This document shows positions 38,926-54,238 of a stretch of DNA of 64,000 bases, one piece after another (position 1 is the first letter of the stretch; every line of letters begins with the position of its first letter). The stretch lies in the NCBI GenBank assembly GCA_964016885.1, contig OZ024759.1, positions 27,590,001 to 27,654,000 on the forward strand, given 5' to 3'. The notes below the pieces were generated by a model, which saw only the letters and a list, made by a program, of their open reading frames with translations, did not search any database and was not told the origin of the DNA. Source of the DNA: Eledone cirrhosa (Eukaryota). The translations under genes and the position numbers were made by a program.

Positions 38926-41900
38926 GTGTAACGGAATAAAATGTGTGTGGTTGTAACGATAAGTGGATGGATGAATGTAACTGTTGGTATGGTGGTTTCG
39001 ATGTAAAGAAAAATACCAGGATTGTGTTGTTACAAAGTTTATTTTATTATAACAATATTCAATTTGAATATTGAATGATAAAATCAATAACACAAAATAT
39101 TCATACAATAATTTGGTGGCTCTTCGAGCCACGTAAATTCAAGTATCACAGAATACGATTATAATATAATTTGTACTGTATCAGAAAGGTACAATATGTG
39201 TAAACAGAAATGGTGCGTGTAAAAATACTGAACTCACTATGAATGCATGTGTGCGTATCAGTATATTTACTTATTTGTATTACAGGAGTCAGCGATCAGC
39301 CAGGAAGGTGAGAATAAATGACAGACTGGTTTTTCGTGACCAGAGCTTGTAAATGCGACTTGTCTTGTCTGTATATCACTTCTTTTCTCTCGAGGCGTAA
39401 ACAACCCCTGTATTTATAAGAGTTGAAGTTAGAAGGATAGATATATCCTCTGAACTTTGGTTAGTCTCCCAAGGGATTAGTTTGTCAAGCGTAAACAAGA
39501 CAGAAAGATGGATATATCCTCTGACCTATTTTCTGTCAGGCGTAAACACCTCTGACCTGTGTTTAGCCTCTCCCAAGGGGTTAGTCTCTTGAGCGTAAAC
39601 AAGTTACCACGGCTTGTCCCAGAGGCGGAAAAGCTCAGATTCGGTTTCGAATCTTTGCCGCCATTATATATGCACTCAATACAATATAGATATACACTAT
39701 ATATGATGTTGTCTAAGGGAAAGACAATGGCCAATACAGCTTAGCACCTGTGATTTCACAACATATATATACATTATATATATAGACTATATATGCACTC
39801 TATGCAATATATACACCCTACATATGATGCACTTTATACATTATATATATACACTATCTGTGGTTGTCCAAGGGAAGGGAAAGACAATGGCCAATACAGC
39901 TTAGCACCAGTGATTTCACAACATATATATACATTATATATATAGACTATATATGCACTCTATACAATATATACACATCTCTTTCTCTCCCAGTTACTTA
40001 CATATATATGCTTCTCCACATGTTCACCCCAGTTTTCGGTATGTTCTCTGCATTTTTTTTCCCTCCTTTTTTCCTTCCCCAATAACTTTCAAAAGTTATT
40101 GACGCACTGGAGTTAGACATATTATCTTTAATTCGTTGAAATTTCAGTGATCTCCAGCAAACTGAAGAGGGGACTTCCCTTGTTTGTGCTTTCCTTTTAT
40201 TTCACATATATATATATATATACACATACATATATATATATATACACACACATACATGCATGCATACACACATATATACATACATAGATATACACACACA
40301 TATATACACACACACAACAGTCTGATAAATGATTATTGCTGTTGAGATCCTTCCACTGTTAATTAACTCTACGAACTTTAAACATAAAATGTTATCAGCT
40401 CCTAGCAGCAATTTGTATATGTACGTGTGTGTGTGTAAGTATGTGTTTATCTGTATTTGCATGTATGTGTGTGTGTAAGTATGTGTTTATCTGTATTTGC
40501 ATGTATGTGTGTTTACCTGTGTATGCATGTGTGTGTGAATTTATGTAGTGGTCGTTGTAATAGTAGTAGTAGCAGTACTTCATGATGTGTACAAATCTTA
40601 TCAGGAGGCTTACATAACTAAAACCCTTGCTTTATCAGGGAATATGATCTTGAAAACACTTGTAATTATTGTTGTTTTAATCAGAGCAGTGGAATGGGAG
40701 AATCGGTAGAGCGTCGAAAAACATGCTATGTGGTATATACTTACAACCCTTTATATTCTGAGTTCAAATCCCGCTGAGGTTAGCTTTGCTGTTCATCCTT
40801 ACAGGGGCGTTGATCAAATAAAGTACCAGTAATGCACTGAGGTTGATTTCATCAATTTTCCCCTCCCCCCAAATTGTTGACAATCTGTCTAAATCAGAAA
40901 CGATTGTTGATACTTTAATCAGTTGATTGGGCAGTTGATTGACAGAGTATCGAACAACATGTAATTACACAATTTGTTCCAGCTGGAACAAATTCTGAGC
41001 ATATCAATGTTTTCCTAGCTTATAATTAGAATAATTATTCTAATTAGGATAACAAAACTCATTAATCATATACTTTTACATGTTTTCATTTCCTTATATG
41101 TGTGTGTGTGTGTGTGTGTGTGTATAAATATATATATGTGTATGTATGTATATGTATGTGTGTGTATATATATATACATACATAATACATATATATGATT
41201 CCATGCAATCATACAAAAGTTAACTTTAAATGATGATGATGATGACAATTATATATATATGTGTGTGTGAGTGTGTGTATATATGTATATGATATGTACA
41301 TGCATGTATGTGTGTACAAACATGTACACAACACACACATATATATGTATGTATATATACGTGTGTATCTGTATTTGTTTTCATTTTTTTTATTCATTTA
41401 CACAAAATTTTTAAATTTTTTTTAAATTTTTGGTTGTTTTGTTATTTTCCCAAAATAACCAAAATATAAAATATAAAACTGTGGCCATTGTTTTGTTAAT
41501 ATAAAGGAAGCAACCATCAGAGAAAGAAGAATTACCAAATGGTTGAAGTCTTCCATGTTCTGCTATTTACTAGATATACTCAACCTCTTATCTAGCTATT
41601 CAACAACACCAACAACAACGTCAACACCAACAACACCCTCAACAACAACATCAACACCCTCAACAACAACATCACCGTCAACAACAAGAACAGCAACAAC
41701 ATCCTCAACAACAGCAATAATATCAACGACAACAACAATAACAACAACCACAACAACAAAACCAATATTTCAACAACAACCACAACAACTGTAGCAGAAA
41801 CAACAACAACAACATGCAGTTGCTGCCATCTTTGTCTCGTTCTCTTCCGAAATGTTTCCAATTGATATCATGTCTCCTCGTGTTACCATTGTGTTGGGGG

Positions 41901-42242
41901 TTCTCAATTGATCACACCCTCATAGAAGGTAATGTCGGCAGTAAAATTGTTGAAACTGTAGTGATCCTTGTAAAATCCCAGAATATTATAATGGAGGATT
42001 ATTCATTCCTTCGCAGACTTGCTGCAGTCCAAAGTAATGACGGGATACCATTTATTCCTGAAAAAGGTGGAATCTGGAGGGTAATATACTTTTTCTTTTC
42101 TTGTTATTTTTGGGGTTTTTTTTCCAGTTGACCTTTTTTGACGACTTTCCTTGTGGTGGAGAAGTTCAAATATCTTGGGGCCGTGTTCATGAGTTATAGA
42201 TAACAGGAGGTTGAATTAAGTGCAAGAATTGCAGGACCTGGT

Positions 42243-42436
42243 GTAATAATTGTTTCTACTTTAGGCACAAGGCCAGCAATTACCCAGTGCATTACTGGTA
42301 CTTTATTTTATCGACCCCGTAAGGATGAAAGGCAAAGTCAACCTCGGCGGGATTTGAACTCAGATGGTAAAGGGACGTAACTATGCTGGAAAGCATGGCG
42401 TCCGACCCTCTACCGATACTGCCAATCCACCGCCCT
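42243..42436 (-). mobile_element. Second SINE family, representative copy (others at about 130-320, 8710-8925, 15970-16110, 16445-16620, 20995-21200, 24170-24500, 26900-27060, 29870-30030, 30370-30530, 40690-40900, 57190-57470)
   Basis: ggcggtggattggcag..gagttcaaatcccgccgaggttgactttgcctttcatccttacggggtcgataaaataaagtaccag..agtagaaacaattatt recurs more than 10 times; B box gagttcaaatcc. Confidence 0.85.
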
Positions 42437-42677
42437 AATGGGGACATTTTAGTCACCTTTATCATTCTTTGAATTGAGAGATCACAGCTCCGATATTACA
42501 GACATCTGGTTAGAATGTCTCAGGAAAGGATCACAGGAGTCGCTCCAGGTAGAGTGATAATGATGATGATGTGACATTAAACACTTTAAAACAAACAGCT
42601 TTATATCACAGAAGGGGCAGTTTTAGGAAGTTTGTTATCAAAAGATTTAACAGTATGAACAATCATAATATTAATAT

Positions 42678-43147
<470 letters not shown>

Positions 43148-43804
43148 TAGAGATTACAATAATCAAAGTTCAGTTTAAATCATTTATTTGCTTACAATTG
43201 TTTTCTCCAAACTGAGGTTTGGATTCTTCGGAGCAACTATTTAGTGATCTATAACATACTTGACCACCTTTTCAACACAAGAGACATATAAAAACATATG
43301 CACATATTGATTTAATAATTCAGCCCACATGATTTAATGATTTAATAATTCAGCCCACATAATAATATCGATTGCCTGCTTCAACTGCCTGACCCTGCAA
43401 GTAACAACCTGGAGCACTCTAATCCTGTATAAATAAGACACGCGTGCATGCTACACGTGAGATTGTTTCATACACTGACTACTCTAAACTTTCCTCTTGC
43501 TTTATCTTCATAAACTGCCAATGCTTCATTTTTATTTTTATTTTTATTTTTATTTTTATTTTTATTTTTATTTTTATCCTTTAACCTTTATATGTAAATT
43601 GCCATGCTATATCATTTTGATGGATGTCATCCCACTGTGGGTCAATATGTGCATATGTTTTTATATGTCTCTTGTGTTGAAAAGGAGGTCAAGTATGTTA
43701 TAGATCAATAAATAGTTGCTCCGAAGAATCCAAACCTCGGTTTGGAGGAAACAATTGTAAGCAAATAAATGATTTAAACTGAACTTTGATTATTTTAATC
43801 TCTA
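43148..43804. repeat. About 160-bp inverted repeat pair (43148-43310 / 43642-43804) carrying hammerhead-like motifs
   Basis: Arms are reverse complements with few mismatches. Confidence 0.9.
43716..43764 (+). ncRNA. Hammerhead-like motif (U4C variant); inverted partner at 43188-43236
   Basis: ttgct CCGAAGA a tccaaac-ctcg-gtttgga g GAAA caattg TA agcaa. Confidence 0.5.
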
Positions 43805-43884
43805 TATAACTGCTCTGTAAAACAACCGATGTTATTACATTGAGTTATTTATCTTACTGGTAATAAGATAGTAATTAATGACTC

Positions 43885-46800
43885 ATCATCATCATCATCA
43901 TCACCGTTTTACGTCCGTTCTTCCACGCTAGCATGGGTTAGACGGGTTGTCCTGTTGTGGGCAGTGTCTGGTCGGCTGACCATGCCTTGCTCATACAGGA
44001 ACTGATCTGGCTTGATTTCTACAGCTGGATGCCCTTCCTAACACCAACCTCATTTACAGTGAGTGGTGGGTGCTTTTTCGTGGCGCCTACACGTCCACTT
44101 TACAGTGTGGGCTGGGTGCTTTTTTGCCGTGGCACCTCCACGGCCACCTTGCGGTGGGGGGGGGGGGGGGGGGGGGCATATTGTTTATATGCTTCAGCAT
44201 GTACCCATGGGAGGTCGGGTACCCTGTATTACTGCGTGACGCCAGAAGTCACGGTCGTGTGTCATTGACTTTGAGAGGTGTAGTTGGGTAAGGTCGGCTT
44301 TTATCACCTCATCCCAAGTCATCTTGGGTCTCCCCACTCCGCGGTTTCCATCAACTTCTAGTGCTCTGCACCTTTTTATGCAGCTGTCATCCTTCATACG
44401 CATCACATGTCCATACCAGCGTAACCGCCTCTCCTGCACGCAGCATTTGATTCCTCTTATGCTCAGTCTCTCTCTCAATTCCTTTATGCTTTGTCGTTCA
44501 CGTATATTACTGTTACACATCCATCGGAGCATGCAGGCTTCGTTTCTCTCTAATCTACGTAAGTCTTCCACCTTCAGCGCCCAGGTCTCACTACCATGCA
44601 ACATCGCTGTTCGGATACACGCATCATACAGTCTGCCTTTCATTCTGAGGGAGAAGCCTTTTGCAGCTAGCAGTGGTAGTAGTTCCCTAAACTTCTTCCA
44701 TCCCGTTCTTACCCTAGTTATTGTACTTTCTGAGCACCCACCTCCGTTGCTAATTCGGTCACCTAGGTAGCAGAAGCTGTCTACTGTTTCTACAGGGCCC
44801 TCCCAGAGATTGGTGGTACTTGTTTCCTGTGGCTGTTTGCTTGCTGTTTCAGCACAGCTGCTGCATGTGAATCCTACATTCTTAATTAAGCTTCCTGAGA
44901 TCCCGCTACATCTCTTGTGTACCTACCCATTGTTTGCATTTGGGGCAGAGAATGGAGTTCCTACCTACACCTTTCCTACATACTGAGCAAGGCCATTTCC
45001 CTGAGGGGATCTGGGTTCTGTTTTCTCGTCTACTTACAAGGACCTTAGTCTTTGTCATGTTGACTTTGAGGCCCTTTCTCTCTAGTCCCTGCTTCCAGGT
45101 TTGGAATTTATTCTCTAGTTCTACCATAGATTCAGCTATGAGTGCGAGGTCATCAGCATACAGGAGTTCCCATGGGCATCCGGTCTTAAACTCCTCCGTT
45201 ATTGCCTGCAGGACTATGATGAACAGGAGAGGGCTAAGAACAGAGCCCTGGTGGACCCCAACCTGTACGCTAAATTCCTCGCTATACTCATTGCCAATCC
45301 TAACTTTGCTGACTGCTCCCCTATACATGGCTTGTACCGCTTTCACAAGCCATTCATCTACTCCTAGTTTTCTAAGAGCCCACCAGATTACTGCACGTGG
45401 AACTCTGTCAAAGGCTTTCTCAAGGTCGACAAATGCCAAGTAGAGTGGCTTACTTTTAGCTAGGTACTTTTCCTGTAATTGCCTCACAAGGAAGAGCGCA
45501 TCAGTGGTGCCTTTCCCTGGTACAAACCCAAATTGCATCTCGTCTATATTCACCCGGTCCCTAATCAGCTGTGCTATAACTCTTTCTGTTACTTTCATGA
45601 CCTGGTCCATCAACTTTATACCTCTATAGTTTCCTCTATCTAGTGCATCGCCTTTACCTTTGTAGCAGTTGACAATGATGCTACTGCACCAATCTTTTGG
45701 TATGGCCCCCTCTAGTATTACCTGGTTAACGATACGTGTGGTTATAGTGTGACCTACAGACCCAGATGCCTTCAGCATCTCGGCAGCTATACCCGATGGA
45801 CCGGTTGCCTTCCCTATCTTCATATCTCTGATTGCCTTACTTACTACGCTGGCGCTGACTTGTACTGCTGGTCCCTCTATAGGGTCTACGTGGGGTAGGG
45901 TCTCTTCTTCCCATGCATTCTCCTCATTTAGTAATCTATCATAATGACTCTTCCATGCATCTTTCTTCTCAGCACTTGTGAGGGCAAGCTCACCTTTATC
46001 ATTCCGGATACACTTCTCTCCAATGACATCACAACTATCTCTGACACACTGCCTCGCAATCTTGAATACCTCCTGTTTCTGGTCCTCACGTTGTAAAACA
46101 TGCTTGAATTTTCTATCCTCTGCTTCCCTCCTAGCTAAGTATACTTGTCGCCTAGCTTCCCTCTTGGTCTCTATGTAATGTACCCTGCTCCCCCCGTTCT
46201 TCCATTCTTTCCATGCCTGTCTCTTGGCCTTGACTGCTTCATCTACCTTATTGTTCCACCACCAAGTCACTCTCCTCCTGCTTGAGGTCTTACTCCAGCC
46301 ACAAACCTCATCCGTCGCCTCTAGTAAGTTATTTTTTAGGAACTCCCAGTTCTCTTCTACGTTAAATGTCTCTATCTGTTCTTCTTTACTGTCGTAGGCG
46401 TTGAGTAAAATATCTTTAAATCTGTTACTGGTTGAGGGGACTTTCAGCTTCCAGATCTTTCTTCTCCAGGTTGGCCTCTGTTTCAGGGCTCGTCTAGTTC
46501 TGACCGTGAGGTCGCTGACAACTAAGCTATGTTGGGATGTACATTCCTCACTAGGGAAGGCTTTTGTGTTTACGACTGTCCATCTGTCACGTCCTCTGAT
46601 GAGGATAAAATCTAACTGACTAGAGTGCTCCCCTGATCTATAGGTGATCAGGTGGTTGTCGGGTTTTTTAAAGTTTGTGTTACATATCGACATGTCATTG
46701 GCGTCGCAGAATTCTAGAAGTCTGAATCCTTCCTCATTCCTTGTGCCAACTCCATGGCCTCCATGTACTCTATTGAAGCCGTCGCAGTGTTTACCTACGT

Positions 46801-47530
46801 GTCCGTTAAAATCTCCTGCAATGATTAGGAAGTCCTTGTCGTCTGTTAGAGCAGTAGTGTGTATTAGGGACTCGTAAAACCTATCCTTAAGTTCGTCTGG
46901 CAGCCCTGATTGGGGTGCGTAAGCTGATATTATTGTGGTAATTGTCTTATTCAGGACTAGTCTGAGTTTAATGATTCTTGCATTTACCCTGTACACTGAG
47001 ATTACTTTATCTACCCACTTGTCAGCTAATAGTATACCTACACCACCCATCCCATCGTCATTTCCCACCCAGAAAAATTTGTAGCACTGGCTTTTTCCTA
47101 CAAGGACTCTAGCAGACCCTCCTCTCCATCTAGTCTCTTGCACACAGCATACATCAACTTCCTTTCGCTCTAGCATTTCTACGATTTCTCCTGCTCTTCC
47201 TTTCATTGAGCCTACATTGATGGTACCAACTCGGAGTTTTGGGCATTTGTCGACACTCGTAGGGGAGGGTCTCTGGGTTGGCGCTTCACGTGGGTGCTTG
47301 GTAGCTCGCAGATTCATATTTCATCTATTGATTCAGAGTTGCTCGTGTATTCCCAGCTCATCCATCCATAACGGTGGGAAAATTGAGGGCTAGAAGAACA
47401 GTGGTGGTGGGGTAATGGCAGGGTGTGTTGGGATGTGCCAGAGGAGGAGAGAGTTAGTTAGGCAGGTAGTAGCAGCAGCAGTGGAAATGGCATGCTAGGT
47501 TTGATTGGTTGCTATCTTTCACTATTTAGG
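43885..47530 (-). mobile_element. Near full-length RTE-clade LINE (APE endonuclease + RT + PHD-like finger) with one 4-bp frameshift
   Basis: ORF 47317-44906 (GTINVGS, VQETRW, GDFNGH, QLDFIL, DLEKAFDRV, GVHQGSVLSP, LLYADDL) continues as ORF 44643-44194; 3' UTR ends in (GAT)n. The 5' boundary is approximate. Confidence 0.95.
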
Positions 47531-48671
47531 GTTTGTATAAAAAATATATAACCATAAAAGGTTTTATTACATACATAACCATAAATAGTATCCTTAATAC
47601 TATATATATATTTATATATATATATATATATAAATATATATTTATATACTATATATTAGCAAATGGAAACTATATTTATAAAACCATATTTATTTCATTA
47701 TACATATTTCAAGGACACCAATGAAATAAATATGGTTTTATAAATATAGTTTCCATTTGTTAATATATCGTATTTTTACTCCAATAATTTGTTGAGTGCT
47801 TTATATCAGTTATAAAAATATTTGGTTTTTGTATCCCAACAAATTAAATATAACTTCTACATATATTTATATATATATATATCATCATCATCCTCCTCGT
47901 TTAACATCCACTTTCCACGCTAGCATGGGTTAGACGGGAGTTGTCCCACTTGAGGCAAGGTTGGTCGGGTGACCGTGTCTCGCTCATATAGGACTATCTG
48001 GCAGGTTTTCTACGGCTGGATGCCCTTCCTAACACCAACCACATTTACAGTGTGAAACTGGGAACTTTTTACCGTGCTACCTACACGGCCACATTACAGC
48101 GTGGACTGTGTGTTTTTTTCTCGTGACACCTACACAATCTCGATCTCATTTATTTGGACTGGATGTTGTGGTACCAACTTTATAGAGAGGGGGTGGTGTT
48201 GGTGGGAGTGGGAGGATAGGGTAGGGGTAGTGGATTGGGGTGTATATTTGGTTAAGAGGTGCCTACTGACTGTAGGTTTCGCTTTGTACATAGGCAAGGC
48301 GGGTCTTCTGTAGTGTGTGTGTGAGAGAGAGAGAGTGTGTGTGTGAAAGGTAAACAGAAATAACAACACAATCGGTACAGTATATGGAAGGAATATATTA
48401 GTTTAATGCTTGAAATAGCAGGAAGAGAGTCTCAATGTTTCGGATGCTAGTCCTTCATCAGAAGAAAGAATGAGAAATTAGAAAGATTGAAGGGATGGGC
48501 AGGGTGGAATCAGAAAAAAATGTTTTTGGAGAAGGGTGTCGAAAAAATGTATACTCACTTTTATTAGATTGCTCTTGAAGTGTGAATACATTTTTGGGGG
48601 ATGAGCCTGCATATCTATATTTTCATAATTATTTAGTTCTGCTTCAAAATCTTGCACTTTGTATATGTATC

Positions 48672-48988
48672 CTATTCAGATTTCTTCTCCAAATGAGCTG
48701 AAGCCTTTTCTATAATAATTTTAATATTTTCATAAGAAAGTAGCTGAAGAGCTTCATTGTGGGAACACCACTTGAAGTCTGTGTGTTCAGAAGACAGGAT
48801 CACTTTAACATGAGGATCTTTCACTTGCGATAACCAATAAATAACACGCTTGGGGCCTTTATTTACAGGGTAAACAATTTCTTCTCGAAAGGTTTCATCA
48901 AGTATCATTTGGTGCTTCTGAAGTCCAGCTTCTTCCTTTGTTTCTCTTAACGCAGCATCAAATTCACTCTCACCAGGATCAACATGAC
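48672..48988 (-). CDS. NUDT2: NUDT2 exon 2
   Basis: tgtag|[23 protein letters not shown]...LEKKSE*. Confidence 0.95.
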
Positions 48989-49910
48989 CTACAATAACAA
49001 ATTGATAGTATTAATGGCCGTTGGTGGTATGAGAAATTGCCAAACCGTCATCTAGGTATAAACCGATATTATGGCAAGGAAATTTCTCTTTGAGGGTGTG
49101 GAGGAGGAATAATCCTACTAAGTCGCACACATCAGTGTTATCATATGAGCCCATTGCGACATCAAAAGAGTTTTCAGAGCTTGATTTTTTAACCCAAGTA
49201 CTTTCATTAGCAAAAAGTAATATTTTCCTCGCATGAAAGATAACGTCTTGTAATTTAGAAATATTTATGAAAAGCAAAATCTAAGGGTTTAGTTAATAAG
49301 GATTCTGTGATAGAGGGGTAAAAATAAACAATATAAAATCATCATCATCATCATCATCATTTCATTTTACGTCCACTTTTCCCTGCTTGCAAGGGTGGGA
49401 CGGGATCTGATTCTGGCTTGATTTCTACAGCTGGATGCCCTTCCTAACACCAACCTCATTTACAATGAGTGCTGGGTGCTTTTTTGCCGTGGCACCTCCA
49501 CGACCACTTTACAGTGGAATGATAGGGATCCCAGTCCCTATAATCTCATTTTTACAGCTGAGTAAACTGGAGCAATGTGAAATAAAGTGTCTTGCTCAAG
49601 GAAACAACACATCACCCGGTCTGAGAATTGAACTCACAACCTTTCGATTGCAAGGCCAATGCTCTAACCACTATATATATATATTTTTTTTATTCTAGTC
49701 GATCGACTTTCGTCAAATCGGACCGAGGAAACTATGTTTCCGTTGGTCTTTCCAATTGCTAATACTATCTATCGGTCGCAACTCCAGGTAGAAGGAGCAA
49801 CGTGAAATAAAGTGTCTTGCTCAAGTACATAACGCATCGCCTGGTTCAGGAAACGAACTCACAACCTCACGATTGTGAATCCAATACTCTAACCACTCAG
49901 CCACACGCCT

Positions 49911-49951
<41 letters not shown>

Positions 49952-51045
49952 TTATTTCAAGAAAGAAGAGTGACATGGTTGGCTATACAATAAGGGCTTT
50001 ATTCACATTGTTGGACTACAGCTAAGTGGACTGCCTATAACGATAACCTGTTATCCCGTATATATATATATATATATATATTCCTATATTTCGTTTCTGA
50101 ATTTGTTTAGCAAGATTCTTTATCTGAAAACGTGTGTTGAAACCGATATTGTTATACTTTGGGAGGGTCATGTTGCCAATAAGAAACACACACACCAGTT
50201 GCTTTCACTTCAATTTATTATAATAAATTTATAAATTTAGGAATTTATAAGTTTCTGGTTGGTTGGTTGGTTCCACAACCAGATAGTTGTTTATATATTG
50301 TCAAAGTTCTTTCGTCACACATTCTGTGACCTCTTCAGTGACTGGGATTCTTTTCTTTGTTTTTGTGCCTCTCCTATTTCTATACATGTATACTTATATG
50401 TATATATATATATATTTCTACACAAATATAGTTATATATGTATATATATATATATAAGATGACCTGGGATGAGGTGATAAAAGCCGACCTTACCCAATTA
50501 CACCTCTCAAAGGCAATGACACACGACCGTGACCTCTGGCGTCACGCAGTAATACAGAGTACGCGACCTCCCATGGGTACAAGCTGAAGCATATAGACAA
50601 TATGCCCCCACACCCCCCACCGCAAGGTGGTCGTGGAGGTGCCACGGCAAAAAAGCACCCAGCCTACACTGTAAAGTCGACGTGTAGGCGCCACGAAAAA
50701 GCACCCAGCACTCACTGTAAATGAGGTTGGTGTTAGGAAGGGCATCCAGCTGTAGAAATCAAGCCAGATCAGTTCCTGTATGAGCAAGGCATGGTCAGCC
50801 GACCAGACACTGCCCACAACAGGACAACCCGTCTAACCCATGCTAGCGTGGAAGAACGGACGTAAAACGGTGATGATGATGATGATGATATACATAAATA
50901 TATATATATATATAAATATACATATATATATATATAAATATACATATATAAATATATATATATATAAATATACATATATAAATATATATATATATATATA
51001 AATATACATATATATATAAATACATATATATATATATATATAAAT

Positions 51046-51102
<57 letters not shown>

Positions 51103-51103
51103 A

Positions 51104-51146
<43 letters not shown>

Positions 51147-51149
51147 TAC

Positions 51150-51182
<33 letters not shown>

Positions 51183-51225
51183 AATATACATATATAAATA
51201 TACATATATATATATATATACATAA

Positions 51226-51269
<44 letters not shown>

Positions 51270-51676
51270 GAATAATCGAGTATCGAAAATCAAAAGATGG
51301 TTAAAGGAGTTCCATGTATTTTATTATGCGCATTTCAAAAACAAACATCATCATGCAATAATATTTGTGTTTTCATCAGATAAAACAGGAGAACATGATA
51401 TGAAGGCTAAAAAACACTTGTGGATAGTGCAGTTTTAAATCAACATTTAAATCAACTCCTGTTTTATATGATGAAAACACAAATATTATTGCATGATGAT
51501 GTTTGTTTTGAAATGCGCATAATAAAATACATGGAACTCCTTTAACCATCTTTTGATCTTATATTATGTATACTCCAGTCCTACAAACTGTAGAGTGCTT
51601 CTTATCCGATATCTGCATTGCTTTATTGTACTACAATAAAACTCACCTCCTACATATATATATACATATATATATG

Positions 51677-51708
<32 letters not shown>

Positions 51709-54201
51709 AATACATTATATATATATATATACATAAATACATTATATATATATATATACATAAATACATTATATATATATATATATATATATATGTGTCA
51801 TTAATGGGCATTCTAAGGATAAAATTATACATCCTCTTTTTTAATATCAATGATTGACATACATACACCACCATTGCAACCACTATCACCATCACAAATA
51901 CTACAGGAACAAACATCACCATTGCCACCATACACACATATGTTCAATTATTCTCTACCACCACCACCATCAATCCAATGCCCCCCACCTCAACAATACC
52001 ACCCTCACAATACTACCACCAACACTACCAGCAATAATACAACCACCACCAACAACCATTACCATCACTATACCACCAATACCACACCCAGCACTACTAC
52101 CACCACCACCACACCACTGTAAGCCACTCACTACTACCATCGCCACTACCACCACCACCACCACTACTACCATCACCACCACTGTAAGCCACTCACTACT
52201 ACCACCACCACCACCACCACTATAAACCACTCACTACTACTACCACCACCACACCACTACTACTACCACCACTGTAAGCCACTCACTTCTACTACCACCA
52301 CCACTACTTCCCCCACCGCCACCACTACCACCACCATTGTAAGCCACTCACTACTACTACCACCACCACCGTAAGCCCCTCACCGCTGCCACCACCACCA
52401 CCACCATCTCCCCCAATGCCACCACTACCACCACCATTGTAACCATCTCACTAATAAAATAAACATCCTGATTCTACAAACAAAAGTATAACAAAACATA
52501 AAAAAACACATTAAGCCCCCCCCCCCCATTCCTCAACACGGAACAATAACATAATACATGAATACACTTTTCTTGTAAAGAAATTCCCATGATATCACAC
52601 CACGTCCTTGAGTTTGACAGGAGATTCTCTTGGAAATTTATCACATATAAAGTTTATCTTCCACAGTGATTCACTGAAAATATTTTCCCAGAATTTAAGG
52701 AAACTAATTCATTGAAAGAAGAATAGCAAACAATTTGAAAATGTGTGGAATGTGTACGTTTTATTAGTTAGAAGTTAGAGCTTCTTGAACAAAATGTTTC
52801 AGGAAGATCCGTTTTTATATATATATATAATCATCATCATCATCATCATCATCATCGTTTAACGTCCATTTTCCACGCTAGCATGGGTCTGGACGGGAAT
52901 TGTCCCACTTGAGGCAAGATTGGTTGTCTTGCTCAGGACTGTCTGGCGGGTTTTCTACGGCTGGATGCCCTTCCTAACACCAACCACGTTTACATACATA
53001 TATATATATATCAAAATGAAAATCCAAAGGCAAGGTAAAATTCCAATCATTTAATCACGACACATGTTTCAATAAGAGATAGATCGATTGTGAAGCCATG
53101 ATCGATTATCATTGATCTCATCAGGTGAAAATGAATTGTCTTCAAATTCTTGATATGAGGGAGAAAAATAACGATGTTCTCTCACAGAATTCATTCCTTC
53201 ATATGAAGACACACCTGTCAGACTGCTATTAACTTCAGTTGAGGTGATAAAAGTTGTCAGATTTCTATTGCTGCAAAAGACACTCGACATCAATCAAATC
53301 TGTAAGGATATAGTCGGTCACAGTTAATGTGAGTGGGTACACACACACTCCACACCCACATACACCGGCTCGAGGTCAAAGAAAAAAATATATACATCAA
53401 CACAGTATCAAACCTGTAGAATTATAGAAGGTCACAGTTAGTGTGGGTGGGTACACACACACACTCTAACACACACCGAAGCGATGTCAGAGAAAAAAAC
53501 AAATATAAGAAAGCAAATATAAGAATGTACCAACACAGCATTCACCGGAAGTTAGTTCGCAAAACAACAGATGCTACATTGGTCAAATCTCAATTTGACG
53601 ATGTAAATTGGAAATATTGGGTTAATGCCCATACACACACACAAGCAAGTAAGTAAGTTCAGTTCAGTGTTCTGCTATACGTGTATAGATTGAATTGTAA
53701 CATCCATATCTTCAAGTGTATGTTATGGTATATACACATCCGAATCGAATATATATATATATATAAATGAAAGGTATAGATAGTATTGTAGCAAGTAGCC
53801 AACAGTATTCCATAATATATAAGTGACTATACCGTCAAAATGGGAAAATAGTTAACGTAAGATGTGGGAAAAATAATTCAAACTCAATTCAAAAAGAATC
53901 ATGATATAGATTTATCCAACAGAATTTAGTGAAATCCAGGGAGGAATCAATAGAGCCTTACATCATGATAAAATAAAGTTTAAAATACTCATCCTTCAAT
54001 TTGGGACAACTACAAATGCTCTTTTCAAGACTATTTCACAAAAACTTTCAGTGGAGATGGTCACGGTTGGAATTCGATCGTCAGCAGAGCTCAACACGAT
54101 AGCCAAATTCTCACTGATTAATATGCCAAAAAGGGAATTTAAAAGCAGGCTAGTTTAACATCATGCGCGATTATGAAAATAAAACGCACATGTGGAAAAA
54201 C

Positions 54202-54238
<37 letters not shown>

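Noticed and set aside
48425-48470. Hammerhead downstream of the NUDT2 stop (CTGATGA aggactagcatcc GAAAC, - strand)
   Set aside because: The core and stem II are present, but no cleavage triplet or stem I closes. It is at most a decayed Penelope end.
53069-53293. 74-aa ORF or nested exon in the NUDT2 intron
   Set aside because: It has no recognisable domain, a non-ATG first codon, and its 3' part is explained by a hammerhead-bearing repeat.
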